64,000 bases of DNA, taken from NCBI GenBank assembly GCA_041651295.1, contig JBAZJN010000003.1, positions 14,016 through 78,015 on the forward strand. The letters are read 5' to 3'. The stretch comes from Patescibacteria group bacterium (GTDB lineage Bacteria; Patescibacteriota; UBA1384; XYA2-FULL-43-10; CAINNR01). Of the stretch, positions 37,601 through 45,860 are shown one piece after another. A program made the translations under genes and the position numbers. Every line of letters starts with the position of its first letter. The stretch's first letter is position 1. The notes under the pieces were generated by a model. That model was not told the origin of the DNA. It searched no databases and saw only the letters and a program-made list of their open reading frames with translations.

Positions 37601-38607
37601 AAACTCAACCAAGTATTGCCGATAAGGCAAACGAACTTTTAATTGAAAAATACCGAAATACTACAGCCATCAATCGAAGATTCGCACAAATAAAAGATAG
37701 GGCATTTAAATTTAAAAAGCCTGTTGGAGTGCATTCTGTAAGTGATCAAGAAAGCGAATTGCACGATAAAAAATTCGCTATTCCATTAATTAATCTTAAG
37801 GATCTGAAGTTCCAAAATAATTTTCTAAACTTGTTGGGTTTTTCATTTGCATTACTAAAGAAGGACGAGTCTTACTATCCATATGTCCACTATCTGTGGC
37901 AAATAGTATCTTCTTATTTTGAGAACCTCAAAGAAGGTAAATCATATGATCCTTTGAAAACATTGGGTGAATATTCTCAAAAGCATTCCACAGAGGGTAC
38001 GAATTGGTTTACCAGTGAGGTAAATAAACTCAGGTTATCGTACATGAATTTTTTAGGTAAACCTAATAATATCGCGGAGTGTATTTTGAAATACAACAAT
38101 TTGAAAACAATGCAATACCTTGATATCAATACCCCGAGAGATCTATTTGAGAAACTCAAGAATATTATCTCTCACGAAGTCAGAGACTGGGTGACAGGTG
38201 AAGGTGTCAAGTTGATGAACTCTATCGAAACCGACGCGCAGAAGCATATTAAAACTCAGTTAGAGATCAGTTTTTTAAGGAAGGGGTTTAGGCCAAACGA
38301 GATTGCAATTATTAGAGAGCCTCAAATGCTAAATGACAAACGCACAGACTTTCTTTTATCTTACGGCTTTATAGGTCCCATAGTGCTTGAAATTAAAATG
38401 AGTGATAGCTCAGATTTAACAGGCAGGCTAAAAAATAAGAAGTCATACAAGAACCTCCAGCATTATTTAATCAATTACAATGCGTATTTTGGAATATTTT
38501 TAGTAATTGATAGCAAACAAGTGAACAGCTGGCCTACTCAGTTTGAAAAAGTAAAAGAAGCTTATCAGGAAATTGAAAATGTAGAAGTTATCGAAATTTC
38601 AAAATAA
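34621..38607 (+). CDS. NACHT/STAND-type P-loop NTPase with long helical-repeat region and C-terminal PD-(D/E)xK-like module
   Basis: 1328 aa. Walker A is VVAEAGFGKTRLL (K65) and Walker B is LLVCFDALDEV. About 900 aa of helical sequence follow. The C-terminus is ...TQLE...KRTDFLLSYGFIGPIVLEIKMS (E, D, ExK). Confidence 0.8.
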   Translation: MSKEIIKSNKTYIIPRIQIFQSFREATPGIERSSFLVNKGDDKEKLRDYFTYPRMFVVAEAGFGKTRLLKELTAESSLRGKKSICVDLKKMSISETLVDFIDKQIIEQKIKPFSIVNSEELLVCFDALDEVKQEEFSATVEKLKTLAANYPKLNIVVACRWYFFQKYQELFIDSDFRYAHISQFSLNDVRRYLKTNLISGAEVEKLINSLNFKNRELIIQTPRYLELLVDYINNIKSGNVDSVTRTDLFEYFIYKKLELEDKNLTTQKKDLIKRVLEKLALLMEIYQTNILTKDELMTFFDDLKSDLKASFLQQVPIEIFYDKTALKDNGNTIEFENTEFQEYLASKEISRLGHPLQTVFDLIVDQELREIYASWSNALTFLIELDITLLKPILDFTNRKNDGYLQGEEYHRLITRVNINQLSVEDQKSIFEQVFEYYQSVLHWIDWDIASNLARYFDISQHYMLEAYVNKIHFSSDTERFVQLGNLVLIVGFLIERDIFNQAEKTFWKKNILKYAKDKNKNGVLQRHALFALEKLMDDSIIDKIDYVWKHDEELVRSRFLELCSVVNPNHVTSVKYFVEGVKQQVISARYGLFLVSEPAAIKKLLQYFINDEVFLYQFIDHESIYEKRDRQIIEHIVIVWDADIKNQLEQIICNVFASQFCYHAEKSDFIKSLALVLKEKNKDYIFELLKQIKTSNELKNNLFSFLYLFASILQKNQIKSFLEMITEFDNGTRFALWTLQQIKFSKRSDAKDIYEEGRKYLAEEYKISEKHWKKEAKRPPEEIILHQEFQYKLEPIPGQYMTDVFEFYIRNENKIEKFITDAEKKKLIDLVINIIFEKFDPSGQDIKITKQEDGHKRFTVQSWIPIFGDCLLVAQRLKLDVSKYRGKIISYLPFAYHDHRKAIFEMVKHIKPEEIKTLLNIYNNKSSDLWGNLPDGLIEATIKYQISEAVPILKEFINQNDFFIHDRIAALEASETLNPDQHFLESIFEEYSKTQPSIADKANELLIEKYRNTTAINRRFAQIKDRAFKFKKPVGVHSVSDQESELHDKKFAIPLINLKDLKFQNNFLNLLGFSFALLKKDESYYPYVHYLWQIVSSYFENLKEGKSYDPLKTLGEYSQKHSTEGTNWFTSEVNKLRLSYMNFLGKPNNIAECILKYNNLKTMQYLDINTPRDLFEKLKNIISHEVRDWVTGEGVKLMNSIETDAQKHIKTQLEISFLRKGFRPNEIAIIREPQMLNDKRTDFLLSYGFIGPIVLEIKMSDSSDLTGRLKNKKSYKNLQHYLINYNAYFGIFLVIDSKQVNSWPTQFEKVKEAYQEIENVEVIEISK

Positions 38608-38621
38608 AAAGAACTAAAACT

Positions 38622-39212
38622 ATGAATGTTGATCAGGAGAAATTGAAATTTGAGGGGAAAATTACAGATCTATTAAATCTATCTGAGCTGTATTTGAATT
38701 TTGCTTTAAATTACAGAAAATTATTTGATGAATTTTATGTGGGTGCAAATCCCGCGTATCAACAATTAATTTTAAACCATCCAATTACCAGTAATATTAT
38801 TTTAAACGCAAATTCATACTTATTTTTATCAATTAACTCCTATCACTCGCTTCTCAACAAAAAATCCATTACTGAAATATCGTTTTCTAAATATTTCAAT
38901 AAATTTGGTAAGTTACGGGGAGAAATAGTTGAGACAAGAGCTGAATATCAAAATTCCTTGCTTGACCAAGTCAGAGATAAAATTATCGCTCATAAAGATA
39001 TTAAAAATATTGGAGACCCTGGAGTTTTAGCTGTAATTCTCATAGACAAGAAGTTTTTTGATAGTGCCAACCAAATAAATAACAAACTCAATAAAATTGT
39101 TCAAAATAATTTTACCGATCCTCACGTGAATAATCCACTCTTGGATCTTTGTGAAGAAGGTTTAAAATCTACTCTGAGCCATTACCGAGAAATATTAAGC
39201 CGGATTAAATGA
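38622..39212 (+). CDS. HEPN-motif protein (AbiU2-like)
   Basis: A 196-aa helical protein carrying VRDKIIAHKD (R118-x5-H124, which fits Rx4-6H). It lies 14 nt downstream of the STAND gene. Confidence 0.55.
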   Translation: MNVDQEKLKFEGKITDLLNLSELYLNFALNYRKLFDEFYVGANPAYQQLILNHPITSNIILNANSYLFLSINSYHSLLNKKSITEISFSKYFNKFGKLRGEIVETRAEYQNSLLDQVRDKIIAHKDIKNIGDPGVLAVILIDKKFFDSANQINNKLNKIVQNNFTDPHVNNPLLDLCEEGLKSTLSHYREILSRIK

Positions 39213-40003
39213 AGTTGAATTATTTATTCAATACCAATGCTGTTCTCATAAACGATGAGAAACCCGAAGAAATATTTAATTCCCATATTTTTCGTTTTTT
39301 GGATGAAAATATTATCTGGAAGATTAAGAATCAGGGAAGCGATATCGTGCTGGAAGTTGTGTTGCGTAATTTGAATTATGCTAAAAAGATTGAAAAACTT
39401 CTTAAGTTTGCGTCGGTGGTTGTTTATCGCAACAGCCATGTTAATGGTTTTCGATATGTAACCTCGTCAAACGCTGAAATCGGGCAAATAAAATCAGAAG
39501 CTGGAATCGAAACTAGATTTCTACTCAGCGGGAATGAGGATTCCTTCAGCCCAAAGATGTGGTCAATGTTATCGTTTTATCTTGAGGCCAGAAATTCTAC
39601 AAGTAATTATTATAAATTTATCTGTCTGTATAAAATAATTGAGATACAAAATTTAAAATCAGAGAATAGAAATGGCAAAAAAATATTAGTTGAAAATAAT
39701 ACCGCAACTCAGTCATATATCGAAACAGAAATAAAGAAAATTATCACTCGACATGAATTAAACAAATTACAAAGTGCGGTTAAGACAAGCTCAATTAAAC
39801 CGAAAACCATCGGTAAATATTTTGAACATATTTTTAGAGATGCTTTTGCACACACAGGATTTCTAACAAAAAATAACTACATTAATGGATTCCCAACATT
39901 AAATCCGACCAATTTTAATGATGCCAGGAGATACCAAGAGGCTGTGGTTTGGTTTGACCAAATAGCCAAGACTGCTCTGCGAGCTAATGAACCAAGTCCA
40001 TGA
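39209..40003 (+). CDS. Second HEPN-motif protein
   Basis: 264 aa, with FRDAFAHTG (R210-x4-H215) and an upstream FYLEARN...YKIIEI helix pair. There is an ATGA overlap with the previous gene. Confidence 0.5.
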   Translation: MKLNYLFNTNAVLINDEKPEEIFNSHIFRFLDENIIWKIKNQGSDIVLEVVLRNLNYAKKIEKLLKFASVVVYRNSHVNGFRYVTSSNAEIGQIKSEAGIETRFLLSGNEDSFSPKMWSMLSFYLEARNSTSNYYKFICLYKIIEIQNLKSENRNGKKILVENNTATQSYIETEIKKIITRHELNKLQSAVKTSSIKPKTIGKYFEHIFRDAFAHTGFLTKNNYINGFPTLNPTNFNDARRYQEAVVWFDQIAKTALRANEPSP

Positions 40004-40272
40004 AAATTAAAAACGAAATTATTGAAAAGCGAAAAGAAATTAAAGAAGAATTTGAGGAATTGTTGGCCGAGCATTCCAGTCCTTTTACTTTTGACCATAT
40101 TCTGGACATTATCAAATACGAAGACGATACTGATGATATGATGAAAATAGTCAGAATCTTTGATCGTGGCAATCCAATGGAATTGGATAATGTTTTAGAA
40201 CTAGCGACTGATGCTTGGAACTATTTCCCTCACAAAATACTCAAAGATAAATCTCCGGCGGAGATGGTATAA
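40000..40272 (+). CDS. Small acidic hypothetical protein
   Basis: 90 aa. It has an ATGA overlap with the previous gene and ends DAWNYFPHKILKDKSPAEMV. Confidence 0.5.
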   Translation: MKIKNEIIEKRKEIKEEFEELLAEHSSPFTFDHILDIIKYEDDTDDMMKIVRIFDRGNPMELDNVLELATDAWNYFPHKILKDKSPAEMV

Positions 40273-40285
40273 TAGCCGCATCCTT

Positions 40286-40456
40286 ATGAAATATAAAGTT
40301 TGTGATAAATGTGGTGAGGTTGTGGCGAGGACGGGAATAATTTCCTCGTCTCGAGTTTCGGATGATAAAAGTTGCTATGCCAGATGCAATAATAAAAACT
40401 GTCAGCAATATTATTCAAAAATCAAATTTGAAAAACTGAAAGAAGAGGAGTTTTAA
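40286..40456 (+). CDS. Small zinc-ribbon protein (56 aa)
   Basis: MKYKVCDKCGEV...CYARCNNKNCQQY has CxxC plus CxxC-like pairs. Its stop overlaps the start of the next gene. The ORF-track start at 40211 seems too early. Confidence 0.45.
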   Translation: MKYKVCDKCGEVVARTGIISSSRVSDDKSCYARCNNKNCQQYYSKIKFEKLKEEEF

Positions 40457-41202
40457 TGGATGGGGTAGTCAGTAACAATAAATGCAGGGTCTTTATCCAA
40501 GATATTGAGAATACTGCTTGGCAGATTTTTTCAATGACGCAACTCAAGAAAGATGGAAGTATTTATTTAGGATCTCCTGAATTTACAAAATTTGAGTGGC
40601 TAACTTTTGAGGTCAAAGATGGGAAGTTAGACACATTCAAAGTTGAGCAATCACGCAACGGACACTTAAGTTTTCATGGGTCAGGACAAGTTCATGTTCG
40701 ATCTGGAGATGATGAATATAAGCTCGCCATCGACGGTCAGCACATACTCAAATTAGAAAAAAACGATATCAGTCTCAGGCATCTGTTCACGCTATTTCCG
40801 AAAAAACCAGAGCATATTCCAACATCTGCTGCACTTAATCGAAAAAGTGATCAATTGATAAACTCAAAAAAACCTCTAAAACCATTTGCGGTAATTGCTT
40901 TTGCACTGCCAAGAGTCGGATATAATTTGAGCTTTCAAATGTCGTTTGATATTGATGACCTCGAGCCAGAGGATATTCCAGGTATTATGGGCACGCATAT
41001 ATTTCCTCTAATTCATCATGATATTTTTCTAATTTTTTATAGAACTAAAAACATGAATGAATGGCCTAAAAGAAATATGCTGCAATACCTTGATGGAATT
41101 GCTGTGCCAGTCTTTATTGGTCAACATGAGAGAAAGATCAGGGTTGAATTTAGAATGCCCAAATATGCCATATTGGACGGGGAACTGAGAATAGAACTGT
41201 AA
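40456..41202 (+). CDS. Hypothetical protein (248 aa)
   Basis: Coupled to the previous ORF (TAATG overlap). I recognise no motif. Confidence 0.55.
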   Translation: MDGVVSNNKCRVFIQDIENTAWQIFSMTQLKKDGSIYLGSPEFTKFEWLTFEVKDGKLDTFKVEQSRNGHLSFHGSGQVHVRSGDDEYKLAIDGQHILKLEKNDISLRHLFTLFPKKPEHIPTSAALNRKSDQLINSKKPLKPFAVIAFALPRVGYNLSFQMSFDIDDLEPEDIPGIMGTHIFPLIHHDIFLIFYRTKNMNEWPKRNMLQYLDGIAVPVFIGQHERKIRVEFRMPKYAILDGELRIEL

Positions 41203-41241
41203 TTTGTTGGGTCACAATTTTAGCTATGGTATTATTAGTTT

Positions 41242-41889
41242 ATGAAACTATTTCATTACGCACATCCAGACCGATATCAAGGTATTGTCATAGGAAAAGA
41301 AGGTTTAAAACCTGAGACAAAACTTGGTATCACCCCCAACCTTCAAAAAAAGAAGTTTGTTTTTGCTTTAACTGACCCACAGCCTGAAAAATGGTTGCAA
41401 AATACTGAATTTTCAAAAGCTGTTTGGCATCGACTAATTATGAATGCAGGTACTTTGCTTCTGGATTTTGATTTCGACGAACAGAATCAAGAGGCTTATG
41501 TTGCTGATTGGGGACACCGTGAAGGATATCTTTTGGGCAAGAGGGATAAAAACGCTCCGGAACGATTTACTCATGATTCCAGAGAAGAAGCAGAAGAGGC
41601 TTACGCGTCAACAATGGTGGAGCTAAAAAGATATTTAGACGATCCCGGACTTGCACAATCATATTCATTGCCAGAAATTTTAATACCCGGGAAAATTCCC
41701 GCAGACCTAATCCATGTGTCAGAAACTCAACCAGAAATTGAACGACTCATCGAATTTGCACGAGAAAATCCAAACAGCCTAGAGATCCACAGGAGCAATC
41801 TCGCTAATATTCCGGAATTGCATAATCAACTGATGGAAATTGATAGCCATCTGGCTGAACTTGAAGGTGGAGTTTCTAGGAGAGGATAA
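41242..41889 (+). CDS. Hypothetical protein (215 aa)
   Basis: This is the last gene of the co-directional array. It has an acidic C-terminal half. I recognise no motif. Confidence 0.55.
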   Translation: MKLFHYAHPDRYQGIVIGKEGLKPETKLGITPNLQKKKFVFALTDPQPEKWLQNTEFSKAVWHRLIMNAGTLLLDFDFDEQNQEAYVADWGHREGYLLGKRDKNAPERFTHDSREEAEEAYASTMVELKRYLDDPGLAQSYSLPEILIPGKIPADLIHVSETQPEIERLIEFARENPNSLEIHRSNLANIPELHNQLMEIDSHLAELEGGVSRRG

Positions 41890-41905
41890 CAAAATCTCTC
41901 CCTAT

Positions 41906-43396
41906 TCAGATAATTCTCGAATACATCCCCCTACAGTTAATCATTTCGACAGTTTCTTGCTTGGACTCATTTTCGGCTATTCCTTGAATTAGAGTTGAAT
42001 ACGCATCAGCAACGTCCTCATGTTTTAACATGCCAAATTTAAGCATTTGGTTTTGCAATATCTCTGTACCCGGATTGCAAAATAAGATTTTACCTAATTG
42101 CATCCTATTGGTTGTCATCCCTAATCTGGTTTTTTTATCAAGGCCATGGATCTTAACGCCAACTGCCCGAAAGTTTTTTGATTGCAACTCCCGAGTTAAC
42201 CAACCTTGAAGCGCGACTTCCTCAACATAAATTGTAGTTGAATATTGGCCACCAAATCCTTTGATTATCAAATCTAGAGTAGCGACAACTTCTGACATTC
42301 CCATCTGTTTGTTTATGATATTCGGTAAAATGTAGTATTTTTTGTTCTTTCCAGAACCTAAAATCATGCAGGAAACAATTCCAGTTGGATCATTTTTATC
42401 GCCATCTCCGAGTGATGGATCAACACCAATCGCATAAGAAACAGTCTCGTTCTGGGTTGGTTGTGGCACTCCTGAAAATTGATGAATCCATTCAGGTCTG
42501 ACAACAGGTTCCTTATCATCAATTGGTTTTAATAAGTACTCTCTTTGAAAAGCAAATTCATTACCGATCCGCAATCGTAATTTTTCAATTGCCTCCATAT
42601 TCGAATATTTTCCAGGCCAAGCAATGTTGTCGTCATCATCCAACAGTGGAAATTCACGGTAAACACCGCTTCGCTTGCCGCTGGTTATCTCGGTTTTGAG
42701 TCGCAGAAGTAAACTATCCTCATGTAACGGACTTCCAACAATGATACATTTTGTGTTGGAATCACCGAGAGGCAAGATTTCAGTCACAAACCATCGATAT
42801 GTCTTATCTCTCCCCTCCTGGGTTTCAACCGACTCATTATTTTCAACATCATCAAGCACAATCAAATCTGGCCGATGTTCACCGTGAGTAAACCCACGAA
42901 TTTTTTGCCCGACCGAGGCAACCATGATTCTTGCTCGGTATTTGGGGATATAAAGGGAGGTAGCGTTCCATTCATCTTCCTCAAATGGGCCCAGATCATC
43001 TTTCATTAATGGACTGCCAAGAATCATTTTCAGATTTTTAAAATGCTGTCTAACCTGCTCCTGGGTCTGAGAAAAAATGACAACATATTTTTTCTGCATT
43101 TTCCCGACAATGCTCCAAATAGAATTACTTAGAGTAAAAATAGTACTTTTAGCCGACCCGCGAAAAGCGGTGATCACCGCCAAATCTGTATTTTCATCTT
43201 CGGTGAGTCTAAAAAATTCATGATGAAACGGCGCAATTTTATATTTTGCAAAATGACTCAAATAAATTGTAAAGAAGGCCAAATGGTTCCGTCTCGCAAG
43301 TTCAGATCTTGTCTCCTGATTTTTGATGGCAGAATTAAAGGCACTCTCATTTGATTTTCTTTTTAGCATTTTGACCTCTTTTCTCACCTGAGTCAC
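41906..43396 (-). CDS. Phage terminase large subunit
   Basis: 496 aa, with APFHHEFF, Walker A-like AFRGSAKST, Walker B LIVLDDVEN and a C-terminal RNase H-like nuclease region (GVDPS...). Confidence 0.75.
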   Translation of the reverse strand: MTQVRKEVKMLKRKSNESAFNSAIKNQETRSELARRNHLAFFTIYLSHFAKYKIAPFHHEFFRLTEDENTDLAVITAFRGSAKSTIFTLSNSIWSIVGKMQKKYVVIFSQTQEQVRQHFKNLKMILGSPLMKDDLGPFEEDEWNATSLYIPKYRARIMVASVGQKIRGFTHGEHRPDLIVLDDVENNESVETQEGRDKTYRWFVTEILPLGDSNTKCIIVGSPLHEDSLLLRLKTEITSGKRSGVYREFPLLDDDDNIAWPGKYSNMEAIEKLRLRIGNEFAFQREYLLKPIDDKEPVVRPEWIHQFSGVPQPTQNETVSYAIGVDPSLGDGDKNDPTGIVSCMILGSGKNKKYYILPNIINKQMGMSEVVATLDLIIKGFGGQYSTTIYVEEVALQGWLTRELQSKNFRAVGVKIHGLDKKTRLGMTTNRMQLGKILFCNPGTEILQNQMLKFGMLKHEDVADAYSTLIQGIAENESKQETVEMINCRGMYSRII

Positions 43397-43796
43397 TATT
43401 CGGCATTAAAAGCTTTTCTGCTTTATTAATGTCCGCCTCTTGCTCTGGTGAGAGTTTACCGTCAGAAATCTTTGTCGTAACCTCAAGTTTATTCTTGTAG
43501 ATGTTGTGGCGATGGTTCAGCCAGTACATAACCGCCGTAAGATTATTATCCTTCATAGCGCTAATCAGCTGACTTTCCGCAATGTCATTAATCAGTGCGC
43601 AGCCTTCTTCCATCGCTTTATTACATTCTTCGGAGAATTTAACATCTTGCCGTTTCCAGCGATAATATGTGGTTCGCCCGATCTCCAATCGTTCACATAC
43701 GATTTGGACAATTGGCGTTTTTTTCAACTGTTCAGTAAACATTTCTTTTTGCTTTTTCTGCTTTGTATCATCTTTTTTCATCCGACCCTCCATCAA
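43347..43796 (-). CDS. Terminase small subunit-like HTH protein
   Basis: 149 aa, with GRTTYYRWKRQD (HTH). It lies directly upstream of, and overlaps, the terminase large subunit gene. Confidence 0.55.
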   Translation of the reverse strand: MMEGRMKKDDTKQKKQKEMFTEQLKKTPIVQIVCERLEIGRTTYYRWKRQDVKFSEECNKAMEEGCALINDIAESQLISAMKDNNLTAVMYWLNHRHNIYKNKLEVTTKISDGKLSPEQEADINKAEKLLMPNSDSGEKRGQNAKKKIK

Positions 43797-44550
43797 TTAT
43801 TTTTACTGCCTTGAGACCGGTCGCTTGTGTAACTCGGTCAAGGATAACCTGACAATATTCGGGATCCAATTCCGATCCGTAGCAAATTCTTTTAACTTGT
43901 TCTGCTGCCAAAATTGTCGTCCCGGATCCAAGAAACCCATCAAAAACTATATCGCCGACACTTGAACTGTTAAGAATCAGATTCCGTAAAAGTGGAATTG
44001 GTTTCATGGTAGGGTGTAGTTTTGATTTACTCGGTCGCGGATAGAATAACACTGATTTGTCTTGAGATTTTTTAAATTCATGAACCCCAAACCATCCATA
44101 TAGAATCAATTCATGCTGAGGTAGATAATTCAGTCTGCCGATTACCGCATGACTTTTAACCCAAATCAAAAGTTGTGAATATTTAAAACCTGCTTGTAAA
44201 AATCCCTCCCGAAGAGCGTAAATCATTTTGTCACAGTTGAAGAGATATGCGGAATTTTTGCGTTCGAGATGTGACTTAATAACATTGAGCCACTCTTTCG
44301 TAAATTTGGCGTACTCTTCATCAGTTTGCTCTTGATCATTTAAAATATCCTTGTGTTTTGTCGTAATATTTCCAAAATTTCTCTTACTTTGTGTTACGGA
44401 TGCTCCATATGGGACATCACAGAGTAAAACTTTTATCTTGTTATTTTCAACCAACTTATCGATCATTTCTTGATCTCGAGCATCACAGCAGGCGACCCGA
44501 TGCGGTCCAATCTGAAAAATGTCTCCATATTTGATTTCAGTTTTTTCCAT
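43768..44550 (-). CDS. DNA methyltransferase (N6-adenine/N4-cytosine, beta class)
   Basis: 260 aa. Motif IV is LLCDVPYG, and it precedes motif I, FDGFLGSGTT. Confidence 0.8.
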   Translation of the reverse strand: MEKTEIKYGDIFQIGPHRVACCDARDQEMIDKLVENNKIKVLLCDVPYGASVTQSKRNFGNITTKHKDILNDQEQTDEEYAKFTKEWLNVIKSHLERKNSAYLFNCDKMIYALREGFLQAGFKYSQLLIWVKSHAVIGRLNYLPQHELILYGWFGVHEFKKSQDKSVLFYPRPSKSKLHPTMKPIPLLRNLILNSSSVGDIVFDGFLGSGTTILAAEQVKRICYGSELDPEYCQVILDRVTQATGLKAVKIIDGGSDEKR

Positions 44551-45838
44551 TTTGACCTCCTGATATTAATTTTGCCTCTTCTCCTGTAAGATCTTTAAAT
44601 CTTTTGATTACCAAGTCACAAAAAATCGGTTCGATATCCAGGGTGTAACATCGACGCTTGAGTTGCTCACAGGCAATTAAGGTCGAACCCGACCCCGATG
44701 CGAGGTCAAGTACCACATCATTGACTTTGGTGCATCTGCGAATTGGCTTTTCGTGCAAAGTGATAGGTTTTTCCGTGCTGTGAGTGTAATCTTGACCCGC
44801 AAGTCGTTTAACAAGCCAGATATCCATCATGTCCAAGATGTCATCAATCTGACGATTGCCGGAAGCCACATCGCGATTCAAAACTTCTGATAAATTAGCT
44901 AATTTCTGCGAAATAAACGGTTTACCGATCGTGCCGTACAAAACTGGTTCATAACTTTTGTTAAACGCTACTTGTGGAGTGGGGTTGATTCCATTTTTCA
45001 ACCACAGGCACAATCTTTTGCTGTTAATACCCAGATCGCGATATATTTCCTGCAGAAGCCAGACGTATAATTGGTCCGAGTAGAAAAATACGTGGCAATC
45101 TGGTTTGGCGACTGATAAAGCATTGCTGATAGTTTTCTTCAGAAAATCTTTATAGTCATCATCACTCATATTGTCGTCGGTGTGGCCACCGTACGATGAT
45201 TTTCCGCCAATGCCCGAATTGTAGCTCAGACCGATATTAAATTTAGTGTCTGTGTAAATCATATCGACCTTAGTGTCGCCTAAAAGCTTTTTGACAAATT
45301 CCGAGTCGGTAGAGTCGCCGCAGCCAATGACGTGTCGTCCAAGCTGATAAATTTCACCTGTCTTGGTTTTAGGGACTTTGATCTGCTGAATTTCTTTATC
45401 TACATCGAAGCCATCACTTTCCGTACTCAACATATCGTCCAAAATAGCCGAAATATCATAATCTTTCATTCCAGCATCGAGAAGAATCTTTATGTCCCAG
45501 TTTCTAAGTGCTTCAATGTCCCAGTCTCCGTTATTAATATTTCCCAATAAAACAAGCTCCTGTTCGATTTTCGGATCATCAATTCGGATCTTTATAACTG
45601 GCACTTCTTTCATGCCCAACTCGCGGGCTACAATCAGACGCAAATTACCCGAAAGCACTATATTTTCCCTTCCCGGTGCAGTATTTACAATAAGAGCGCC
45701 AACGAATCCATGTTTAAGAAAGCTCTTTTTTACCTCATCCTTGCTTTTTTGAGTATGTATTCTGGGATTTCCAGGAAATTCCAGAAGTTTATCAACCATT
45801 TCGTACCCAAAATTGAATTTTTCCTCCAACTTATTCAT
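44537..45838 (-). CDS. ParB-like N-terminal domain fused to a DNA methyltransferase domain
   Basis: 433 aa. The ParB/Srx-like N-terminus is GNPRIHT...GALIV. Motif I is VLDLASGSGST. The motif IV position reads MIYTDTKF rather than DPPY. Confidence 0.75.
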   Translation of the reverse strand: MNKLEEKFNFGYEMVDKLLEFPGNPRIHTQKSKDEVKKSFLKHGFVGALIVNTAPGRENIVLSGNLRLIVARELGMKEVPVIKIRIDDPKIEQELVLLGNINNGDWDIEALRNWDIKILLDAGMKDYDISAILDDMLSTESDGFDVDKEIQQIKVPKTKTGEIYQLGRHVIGCGDSTDSEFVKKLLGDTKVDMIYTDTKFNIGLSYNSGIGGKSSYGGHTDDNMSDDDYKDFLKKTISNALSVAKPDCHVFFYSDQLYVWLLQEIYRDLGINSKRLCLWLKNGINPTPQVAFNKSYEPVLYGTIGKPFISQKLANLSEVLNRDVASGNRQIDDILDMMDIWLVKRLAGQDYTHSTEKPITLHEKPIRRCTKVNDVVLDLASGSGSTLIACEQLKRRCYTLDIEPIFCDLVIKRFKDLTGEEAKLISGGQNGKN

Positions 45839-45860
45839 TTTGCCTCCATAATTAATTTTT

